From Arcobacteraceae bacterium (GTDB taxonomy: Bacteria; Campylobacterota; Campylobacteria; Campylobacterales; Arcobacteraceae), in contig JBNKLC010000045.1 in NCBI GenBank assembly GCA_050292155.1, positions 18,757-82,756 of the forward strand: DNA of 64,000 nucleotides. The letters run 5' to 3'. Positions within the stretch are counted from its first letter, which is position 1, and the number at the start of each line of letters is the position of its first letter. Below are positions 22,055 through 29,771 of this stretch, one piece after another. A model generated the notes under the pieces. That model searched no databases. It was not told where the DNA came from and saw only the letters and a program-made list of their open reading frames with translations. The position numbers and the translations under genes are program-made.

Positions 22055-23035
22055 ATGTATAAAATAAAATCAATCTTACGATTGTTGTTATTATCTGTAA
22101 TGATAATTTCGTTTCAAGCCTGTTCTGTAAAACTACCATTGAAAGATGTTAAAGCATCTGACAATAGTTACAATGCAATTAATAAAAAAAGTGGTGTAAA
22201 AGAATTGAGTTTCAAAAATGGTTTAGAAGATAGTGATAAACTATTAATAGGTATATTTGAAAAAAATGTACATCTACTATATGATAAAAAAGATGTAGAT
22301 AGTTTTAATTTTATTAAAAATGCTATAGTTAATGAGATTCAGGCAAGAAGATTACCTATAAAAATAATGGATAATGTAAAAGATGCTATAAAATTGGATA
22401 AGTTTCAAATATATACTCACAGGTCAAGTGCTTTTTCTCCAACGGTAACATTTTCAATGTTAAAAATAGATGTTGAGATAGGAGAACAAAAGAAAAATTT
22501 TAGTTCAATTATAAAAAGAGGGAAAGTACCTATTTGGGAATTTGAAGAGGTTACAGATCCTTGTTTTAATGAACCCATTATGCTAATGGTAAAAGAGGTT
22601 GTTGCAAAAATCAATAAGCAATATTATAATTATAAACTAAGTGATGAAAAAGTAAATGAAGTTATTGCTAAAATAGAACAAGGAATTGAAAATAAAGATG
22701 AATTAAATTATCTTAATATTTATGAATTAGGTTTTTCAAATAATCCAAAAGTACTAGATACTTTAATTGCATATTCTAATAATTCGGATGAATATCTACG
22801 ATTGGCTTCAATCTCTATGTTAGGGCTAATAGGTGGAGAAAGTCAGTTTGAATATTTGATATCAAAATATAGAAACTCAAAGCTTTGGCAAGATAGAGCG
22901 TTAGCTTTAAAAGCCATAGCCGATATAGATACACCAAAAGCGAAAAAGTTTATTCAACAAGAATATAATTTGTGGAAGGTCCAAGATACAAAAGAAGGTA
23001 AATGGAATACGATGCTTATGGAAGTTTATATGTAA
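22055..23035 (+). CDS. lipoprotein with C-terminal HEAT-like repeats
   Basis: Lipobox MIISFQAC at the end of the signal peptide. C-terminal SDEYLRLASISMLGLIGG...QDRALALKAIADID resembles HEAT repeats. Confidence 0.55.
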   Translation: MYKIKSILRLLLLSVMIISFQACSVKLPLKDVKASDNSYNAINKKSGVKELSFKNGLEDSDKLLIGIFEKNVHLLYDKKDVDSFNFIKNAIVNEIQARRLPIKIMDNVKDAIKLDKFQIYTHRSSAFSPTVTFSMLKIDVEIGEQKKNFSSIIKRGKVPIWEFEEVTDPCFNEPIMLMVKEVVAKINKQYYNYKLSDEKVNEVIAKIEQGIENKDELNYLNIYELGFSNNPKVLDTLIAYSNNSDEYLRLASISMLGLIGGESQFEYLISKYRNSKLWQDRALALKAIADIDTPKAKKFIQQEYNLWKVQDTKEGKWNTMLMEVYM

Positions 23036-23193
23036 ACTTCTATAAACTAAAGATACAGTTTTAGAAAAATGATTCAACAGCAGAAATAGTTTTTAGAATA
23101 TTCTAAAATTTTTTTTATAACGTATAGATAATGGAATATAGTGTTATGTAAAGGTATAATAAACTATTAAAATTATATAGTACAAGGTATTTT

Positions 23194-23604
23194 ATGTTTA
23201 TTTTTGCTGTACAATCTGTAGCTGGTGGCTTTTTAGATGAGGATTTAAGTCATTTTAATAAATATTTTGATGATTGGTGTGCTCAATTTGATAATTATGA
23301 TGATGCGATGACTATCGTACAAACTCTTGAAAATCCAGAAAATATTGTTGTTGTGGAGATAACACCATTAAGTTATCCAAAATACTTTTTCCCATCCCTA
23401 CAAGGTACGGTTTATCTCACAAGACAAATTGAAGATAAAATTATCTGTGCAGTTGAGCCATTTATGGGTGCTAGTTTTAAAATAGCTATATGTGACCTTA
23501 AAACAAAGCATGTGAAATTTAAAAAAACCAATTATAAAACTATTGCAAATGTTGAGGGTGCTTTTACCCATTTTGGGGATAATTTGAATTTAATTGAAGA
23601 GTGA
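23194..23604 (+). CDS. hypothetical protein
   Basis: 136-aa ORF in an AT-rich islet. No motif recognised. Coding status rests only on ORF length. Confidence 0.35.
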   Translation: MFIFAVQSVAGGFLDEDLSHFNKYFDDWCAQFDNYDDAMTIVQTLENPENIVVVEITPLSYPKYFFPSLQGTVYLTRQIEDKIICAVEPFMGASFKIAICDLKTKHVKFKKTNYKTIANVEGAFTHFGDNLNLIEE

Positions 23605-23750
23605 AATAAATAAAACGTATCCAAAACAAATTTGTAATAAACTTTAGATACAAAAAAATAAAAAATAAAAAATAAAATTGCAAAATGCCAAGTTTTTAAT
23701 TAAACTTTTTAATTTATGATATGATTGATAAAAAGAGGGAGGATAAGCTT

Positions 23751-24599
23751 ATGACAAAAGATATTATTCAAACATTAACATCTGATTTTGAGTCATTTGT
23801 AAATAAAACAGAAGATGGTGTGGAGTTTTGGTTAGCTAGGGATTTGCAACACCTTTTAGGATATACAAAATGGGATAATTTTAAAAATGTAATTTTTAAA
23901 GCAAAAACTGCTTGTGAAGTTTCAGGATATGAAATAGCAGATCATTTTGCCGATGTCGGGAAAACGATAGAGATGCCTAAAGGAGCTGTAAAAGAGATTG
24001 ATGATTTAATGCTTACACGATATGCTTGTTATCTTATAGCTCAAAACGGCGATAGTAAAAAAGAGCAAATAGCATTTGCTCAAACGTACTTTGCTATTCA
24101 AACAAGAAAAGCTGAATTAATAGAGCAAAGAATACTAGAGTATGAAAGGGTAGAGGCAAGAGAAAAATTACAACAAACCGAAAAAGAGTTGTCAACGGTT
24201 ATCTATGAACAAACAGGCGGGAATCAAAATTTTGCAATTATTAGAAGTAAAGGAGATCAAGCATTATTTAATCATACTACGGCTCAAATGAAAGCAAAAT
24301 ATAAAATTAAAGAGAATAAACCATTGGCAGATTATATGCCTACGATTCTTCTAAAAGCTAAAGATTTTGCAACAGAAATCACTATCTATAATGCAAGAGA
24401 AAATAAAATGGATACAGAAAATAAAATTTCCAATGAACATATTACAAATAATAAAACAGTTAGAGATACGCTCATTTCAAGAGGGATTGTACCTGAAAAT
24501 TTACCACCGCAAGAAGATGTTAAAAAAGTAGAAAGAAAACTTAATTCTAATGATAAAAAAATGTTAAAAGATATTGGAGCGTTTAATAAAGAAGATTAG
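23751..24599 (+). CDS. dinD: DNA-damage-inducible protein D family
   Basis: EDGVEFWLARDLQHLLGYTKWDNFKNVI...LTRYACYLIAQNGDSKKEQIAFAQTYFAIQTRK matches the DinD N-terminal domain. ATG at 23751 is preceded by AGAGGGAGG. Confidence 0.75.
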   Translation: MTKDIIQTLTSDFESFVNKTEDGVEFWLARDLQHLLGYTKWDNFKNVIFKAKTACEVSGYEIADHFADVGKTIEMPKGAVKEIDDLMLTRYACYLIAQNGDSKKEQIAFAQTYFAIQTRKAELIEQRILEYERVEAREKLQQTEKELSTVIYEQTGGNQNFAIIRSKGDQALFNHTTAQMKAKYKIKENKPLADYMPTILLKAKDFATEITIYNARENKMDTENKISNEHITNNKTVRDTLISRGIVPENLPPQEDVKKVERKLNSNDKKMLKDIGAFNKED

Positions 24600-24613
24600 T
24601 TAAAATCAATTTA

Positions 24614-25495
24614 TTAAACCATGTGATCTATAACCACAAGCACAAAAAACACAATCCCCAAATACCCATTTACAGTAAAAAAAGCCCTATCAATTTTCGT
24701 AAAATCTTTTTTTACCAAATAGTGTTCATACCCAAGCATAACAGCACTTATTAAAACTGCAAGATAGCCAAATATTCCTAGATTTGCTATCATTACAAAA
24801 AGGAGCCAAAGTACGACTGTTAAAGAGTGGAGTACACGGGAGAAGAAAAATGTTGCTTCTACTCCAAATTTGGATGGAATTGAGTGAAGACCTAGTTCTT
24901 TATCCATTTCTATATCTTGTAAACTATAAAGCAGATCAAACCCCGCAACCCAACACATAACGCCAAGGGCTAGTAAAACCGACCAAAAAGTTATACTTTC
25001 ACTGACTGCAACAACTCCTGCAATAGGAGCTAGTCCAAGGGAAACTCCTAAAATAATATGGGCTAAAAATGAAAATCTTTTAAAATAGGAATAGCTTCCA
25101 ATTACGATTAAAATAGGAAGTGAAAGATAAAAGGCAAGGTCATTTACAAAGTAAGCTACTACAATAAATCCAAGTGCATTGAATAAAGTAAAAATTGCCA
25201 TTTGTGTTGGATTGATTCTTCCATCTACACTTGGTCTATTTACGGTTCTTGGATTAAGGGCATCAATGTCTCGGTCTAAAAATCTATTAAAGCCCATTGC
25301 AAAGTTTCTTGCCGTAATTGCCGCTAAAGTACCCATCAAAAGTAGGTACCATCCAAACCAACCTTGTGCGGATACAACCATTGCAATAAAAATAAAAGGT
25401 AATGAAAAGATTGAGTGTTTGAACATTACAAGTTCGTTAAAATCATTTAAAAGTTTAAGTATTTTTTCCATAAGGGGGATTTTACTATAATTCAT
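24614..25495 (-). CDS. UbiA-family aromatic prenyltransferase (possibly the menaquinone/futalosine-pathway enzyme)
   Basis: NRFLDRDIDALNPRTVNRPSVDG Asp-rich motif, ~8 TM helices. Start uncertain: 25495 (MNYSK) or 25471 (MEKIL). The track start at 25570 would overlap miaA. Confidence 0.78.
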   Translation of the reverse strand: MNYSKIPLMEKILKLLNDFNELVMFKHSIFSLPFIFIAMVVSAQGWFGWYLLLMGTLAAITARNFAMGFNRFLDRDIDALNPRTVNRPSVDGRINPTQMAIFTLFNALGFIVVAYFVNDLAFYLSLPILIVIGSYSYFKRFSFLAHIILGVSLGLAPIAGVVAVSESITFWSVLLALGVMCWVAGFDLLYSLQDIEMDKELGLHSIPSKFGVEATFFFSRVLHSLTVVLWLLFVMIANLGIFGYLAVLISAVMLGYEHYLVKKDFTKIDRAFFTVNGYLGIVFFVLVVIDHMV

Positions 25496-25498
25496 CTT

Positions 25499-26404
25499 AT
25501 GTATAAAGAAATAGCAATCATAGCACCAACTGCATCGGGGAAAACCGATCTTTCCATCGAACTTGCCCATAAAACAGATTCTATTATCCTCTCTTTGGAT
25601 TCATTAGCCGTTTACAAAGAGATAGATATCGCTTCGGCAAAACCAACTTTACAAGAGAGAGACGGGATAGTACACTTTGGGATTGATGAGGTGTATCCAA
25701 ATGAACAGTTTGATGTAATAGAATTTATAGAGTGTTATAAAAGAGCAAAAGAGTTTGCTGTCAAAAATGGTAAAAATCTTATTATAGTGGGTGGAACAGG
25801 TTTTTATTTAAAAGCGATGCTTGATGGCATTTCCCCTGCACCTATTATTACAACTGAGATAGAAAAAAAAGTACAAGATACTTTGATGGATTTAAACGGT
25901 GCCTATGATTTTTTAGAAAATATCGACCCAATCCATATGAAAAAAATAGAAAAAAATGATAGATATAGGATAGAAAAAGCTTTGGAGATATGTTTTGGCT
26001 CAGGTTTAAGCCCAACGGAGTATTTTGGAAAAAATAAACCAAAACCGATAATTAATGATTTAAAAATATTTCAAATTGAAACAGATGTGGAACTTTTAAG
26101 GGGGAGAATAGCTAAAAGAACAAAAAAAATGTTACAAAACGGAATCATTGATGAGGTAATTTATTTAGAAAAAAACTATACAAGAGCACCAAAATGTATG
26201 AAAAGTATAGGTATTGTTGAAACATTGGATTATCTTGACGGAAAAATTGATAAAAAAAGATTGGAAGAACTCATCTCTACACATACTGCACAACTTGCAA
26301 AAAGACAAAGAACCTTTAACAGATCGCAGTTTACAAATGTACTAAAAGGCGATTTGAACACTTTAAAAGATAAAATCCCTCATGAAATGAAGTGTTGCGT
26401 ATAG
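25499..26404 (+). CDS. miaA: tRNA dimethylallyltransferase
   Basis: P-loop APTASGKT and SLDSLAVYKEIDIASAKP, 301 aa. Confidence 0.88.
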   Translation: MYKEIAIIAPTASGKTDLSIELAHKTDSIILSLDSLAVYKEIDIASAKPTLQERDGIVHFGIDEVYPNEQFDVIEFIECYKRAKEFAVKNGKNLIIVGGTGFYLKAMLDGISPAPIITTEIEKKVQDTLMDLNGAYDFLENIDPIHMKKIEKNDRYRIEKALEICFGSGLSPTEYFGKNKPKPIINDLKIFQIETDVELLRGRIAKRTKKMLQNGIIDEVIYLEKNYTRAPKCMKSIGIVETLDYLDGKIDKKRLEELISTHTAQLAKRQRTFNRSQFTNVLKGDLNTLKDKIPHEMKCCV

Positions 26405-26490
26405 TTACAGTGTAGCCCTGTTTTAACACATTTTTCCCCATTATTGTAAGTTAATATTTAAATATAATTAGCTATTATTTGTGAATCACT

Positions 26491-26523
26491 GCCGACTCTT
26501 CTGATGGGAGTCGGCTTATTTTT
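26491..26523 (+). terminator. intrinsic terminator-like hairpin immediately upstream of the nuoA ribosome-binding site
   Basis: 8-bp GC-rich stem GCCGACTC / GAGTCGGC (26491-26498 and 26508-26515) with a 9-nt loop, followed by TTATTTTT, then AAGGGG and the nuoA ATG at 26535. Confidence 0.6.
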
Positions 26524-26534
26524 AAGGGGAAAAA

Positions 26535-26924
26535 ATGGAACATTCTAACTTTGTGCATCCGTACTTCGGTGCTTTTGTTATGTTTGTATTAACATTTGGA
26601 GCGTTTATCGCTACAACGGTAGCGGCAAGATTTGTAAGTAGAAAACTTGCAAGAAGAAATACCGAAAAATTAAAAACTACACTGTATGAGTGTGGACCAG
26701 AGGTTACAAAACAGCCTAATACTATCTCGGTACAGTTTTATCTTATGGCACTTTTATTTATTTTATTTGATGTGGAGATTATCTTTATGTTTCCATGGGC
26801 AGTGGATTTTAAAGTGCTTGGATGGTTCGGTTTTATTGAGATGTTATTATTTATCTTATTATTGGCAATCGGATTTATCTACGCTTGGAAAAAAGGAGCA
26901 CTAGAATGGCACAGCATAAAGTAA
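26535..26924 (+). CDS. nuoA: NADH:quinone oxidoreductase subunit A
   Basis: 129 aa, 3 TM. YECGPE and [11 protein letters not shown] motifs. Confidence 0.92.
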   Translation: MEHSNFVHPYFGAFVMFVLTFGAFIATTVAARFVSRKLARRNTEKLKTTLYECGPEVTKQPNTISVQFYLMALLFILFDVEIIFMFPWAVDFKVLGWFGFIEMLLFILLLAIGFIYAWKKGALEWHSIK

Positions 26925-27415
26925 ACTACTTTAGAGAAGGTGGAGAAGCGATAAAGCTAACTACTGTTGATAAAATAGTCAATTTTGGTAGAAGTAACTC
27001 TTTATGGCCTATGACTTACGGTCTTGCATGTTGTGCAATTGAGATGATGGCAAGTGGTGGTTCAAGGTTTGACTTTGATAGATTCGGTACGATCTTTAGA
27101 GCATCTCCAAGACAATCGGACGTTATCGTAGTTGCAGGAACTTTGACAAAAAAACACGCAGAATTTATGAGAAGATTATACGATCAAATGCCTGATCCAA
27201 AATGGGTAATCTCTATGGGATCATGTGCAAATACAGGCGGTATGTTTAATACTTATGCAACGGTTCAAGGTGTAGATAGGGTAATCCCAGTGGATATCTA
27301 TCTTCCAGGTTGTGCCCCTCGACCTGAGACTTTACAGTTTGCATTGATGATGTTACAAAAGAAAATAAGAAGAGAGCCTGCAGGTATGGCTCAAAGAGCA
27401 AAAAGGTTGATATAG
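26906..27415 (+). CDS. nuoB: NADH:quinone oxidoreductase subunit B
   Basis: [15 protein letters not shown] and LPGCAPRPE (N2 cluster ligands). ATG at 26906 is preceded by AAGGAG. Confidence 0.93.
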   Translation: MAQHKVNYFREGGEAIKLTTVDKIVNFGRSNSLWPMTYGLACCAIEMMASGGSRFDFDRFGTIFRASPRQSDVIVVAGTLTKKHAEFMRRLYDQMPDPKWVISMGSCANTGGMFNTYATVQGVDRVIPVDIYLPGCAPRPETLQFALMMLQKKIRREPAGMAQRAKRLI

Positions 27416-28237
27416 ATGAGAGCATATACATCAAAAGATAACGTACAAAAAAAATCGTACTACAACGATAGATTTTACGTAACACCGACACTTAAAAGAA
27501 AAAGTGTTTACGATGATTCTACCTTTAGCAGTGATTACGGTAGTTTAAAAAATATTGTAGAGATAAAAGAAGCTTATATTGAATTAGACCATTTGGTTGT
27601 TATTATAAATCCAGAGGAGAATATCAAAGCAATCGAACATTTAAAAAAGATTCGAGCTTACGATATGATGATGGAGCTTACGGCAGTTGATTATGTAGCT
27701 TCCAAGGGTGGTTTTGAGATAGTTTACGAACTTCTTTCAACTACAAAAAGAAAAAGAATCCGAGTAAAAGCTTTTATCAACAACGGCGACGCAATCAACT
27801 CTGTGGAAAAACTTTTTAGAATGGCAAACTTTAGTGAGCGTGAGATGTATGATATGTATGGAATCTACGTAAACAATCACTCTTACCTTAAAAGAATCCT
27901 TATGCCTGATGATTGGCAGGGACATCCTTTGCTTAAAACATATCCACTTCAAGGGGATGAAGCGTCAAATTGGTATGAGGTTGATAAGATTTTTGGTAAA
28001 AAAGCAAGAGATATTATCGGACCTGAACTTAGAGATGCAGCATGTGTAGATAGATATGATAGTGAAAGATTTGCAAGACTTGGTCATGAAGTTCCGTTTG
28101 GTACGGAGATTAGTGAAGGGAATGAACCTGATACACCTATCAGGTACCAAGAAGAGGGTGGAGTAAAACTCTTTGGTGCGACATTGGTTACACCGTTTGA
28201 TAAAAAAGAAACAAAACAATTGAAAGAGAGAAAGTAG
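27416..28237 (+). CDS. nuoC: NADH:quinone oxidoreductase subunit C
   Basis: FSEREMYDMYGIYV motif, 273 aa with terminal extensions. Confidence 0.88.
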   Translation: MRAYTSKDNVQKKSYYNDRFYVTPTLKRKSVYDDSTFSSDYGSLKNIVEIKEAYIELDHLVVIINPEENIKAIEHLKKIRAYDMMMELTAVDYVASKGGFEIVYELLSTTKRKRIRVKAFINNGDAINSVEKLFRMANFSEREMYDMYGIYVNNHSYLKRILMPDDWQGHPLLKTYPLQGDEASNWYEVDKIFGKKARDIIGPELRDAACVDRYDSERFARLGHEVPFGTEISEGNEPDTPIRYQEEGGVKLFGATLVTPFDKKETKQLKERK

Positions 28238-29464
28238 ATGCAAGTTACCAATAGATTAAAACCTTTCTTTGAAAATATTGCGTTTGAACGTGAAGATAAC
28301 ACAATGGTTGTAAACTTCGGTCCGCAACACCCTTCAGCTCACGGTCAGTTACGACTTATGCTTGAACTTCAAGGGGAAGAGGTAGTAAAAGCACATCCTG
28401 ATATCGGATATCTTCATAGAGGTATTGAAAAAATGGGTGAAAATATGATCTATAACGAATTCTTACCTACAACGGATAGAATGGATTATATTGCGGCAAC
28501 AGCCAATAACTACGGATATGCACACGCAGTTGAACAACTACTAGGCATTGAGGTTCCAAGACGGGCAGAGATTATTAGAACAATGTTGCTTGAGCTTAAT
28601 AGAATTATCTCTCATCTTTTTTGGTTGGCAACCCATGCACTTGATGTGGGTGCAATGTCTGTTTTCCTTTATTGTTTCCGTGAGAGAGAATTTGCAATGG
28701 ATTTGATGGAGGATTATTGTGGAGCTAGACTTACCCATTCGGCAGTTAGAATCGGTGGAGTTCCTTTAGATCTTCCTTTAGGATGGTTGGGAAATCTTAA
28801 AAAATTTATCGATACTTTAGATGAGCAGATTAATGTTTACGAAGGGCTTTTAACCGAAAATAGAATTTGGAAAATGAGACTTGAAAATGTAGGTACCTTA
28901 ACTCCTGAGACGGCAAAAGAGTGGGGATGCAGCGGACCTACCCTTCGAGGAAGCGGAGTAAAATGGGATTTACGAAAAGAGATGCCTTACGGTATCTATC
29001 CTGAACTTGATTTTAATATTCCTATTTCAGATAAATGTGATTCGTATGGAAGATATAAGTGTTATATGGCAGAGATGAGAGAATCTATGAAAATCTTAGA
29101 GCAGCTTATTCCTATGTACCATGAAAGCGATACACAGCTTATGGCTCATGCACCTCAGTATATCTCTGCAACAAAAGAGGATATGATGACGCAAAACTAC
29201 TCTTTGATGCAACACTTTGTCCTTGTAACACAAGGGATGAGACCACCTGTTGGAGAAGTGTATGTTGCGACAGAATCTCCAAAAGGGGAACTTGGGTTTT
29301 ATATTGTAAGTGACGGTTCGCCTTATCCATATAAATTAAAATGTCGGGCACCTAGTTTTTGGCATACTGGATTATTACAAGATTTACTACCGGGGCACCA
29401 ATTAGCCGATGTTGTTACTATTATCGGTAACCTTAATATTGTATTTGGGGAGATTGACAGGTAA
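28238..29464 (+). CDS. nuoD: NADH:quinone oxidoreductase subunit D
   Basis: [24 protein letters not shown], and C-terminal [14 protein letters not shown]. Confidence 0.94.
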   Translation: MQVTNRLKPFFENIAFEREDNTMVVNFGPQHPSAHGQLRLMLELQGEEVVKAHPDIGYLHRGIEKMGENMIYNEFLPTTDRMDYIAATANNYGYAHAVEQLLGIEVPRRAEIIRTMLLELNRIISHLFWLATHALDVGAMSVFLYCFREREFAMDLMEDYCGARLTHSAVRIGGVPLDLPLGWLGNLKKFIDTLDEQINVYEGLLTENRIWKMRLENVGTLTPETAKEWGCSGPTLRGSGVKWDLRKEMPYGIYPELDFNIPISDKCDSYGRYKCYMAEMRESMKILEQLIPMYHESDTQLMAHAPQYISATKEDMMTQNYSLMQHFVLVTQGMRPPVGEVYVATESPKGELGFYIVSDGSPYPYKLKCRAPSFWHTGLLQDLLPGHQLADVVTIIGNLNIVFGEIDR

Positions 29465-29745
29465 TGAAACGATATGATTTAAGAGGGCATAAAGAGAATT
29501 TTATCCCTAGAATGGTTGAATTGATGGGTAGTGAAATCAAAGAGGGAGAAAATGCTGTTTTTCTTTTTGAGATTGGAGATTTTAGTTCTGTCCAAGCAGC
29601 GGCAGATGTAGTAAAAGAGAATAACTGGAGATTAATGAATTCGTTAAAATTCAATGAAGTTGATTGGACTATTATCGTAAAAAAAGAGCAGCCTCCTATC
29701 GATGAGCTTCCTGAAACTACGCAAGAGGAAGAAGCTACAGAGTAA
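29464..29745 (+). CDS. small Cys-free protein occupying the nuoE position (Cj1575c/HP1264-like placement)
   Basis: 93 aa with no cysteine, so no 2Fe-2S site. ATG overlaps the nuoD stop (TAATG). Acidic C-terminal tail. Its position matches the NuoE-replacing small ORF of Campylobacter and Helicobacter. Confidence 0.65.
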   Translation: MKRYDLRGHKENFIPRMVELMGSEIKEGENAVFLFEIGDFSSVQAAADVVKENNWRLMNSLKFNEVDWTIIVKKEQPPIDELPETTQEEEATE

Positions 29746-29771
29746 CGGCTCTATAGTTAAAGGAATTTGTT

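Noticed and set aside
23652-23679. A7T-A6T-A6T-A4 run upstream of dinD, considered as a phase-variable tract or repeat.
   Set aside because: It is non-coding, has a 7-bp period, and shows no homopolymer G/C tract of the kind used for phase variation in Campylobacterota. It is most simply AT-rich spacer DNA.
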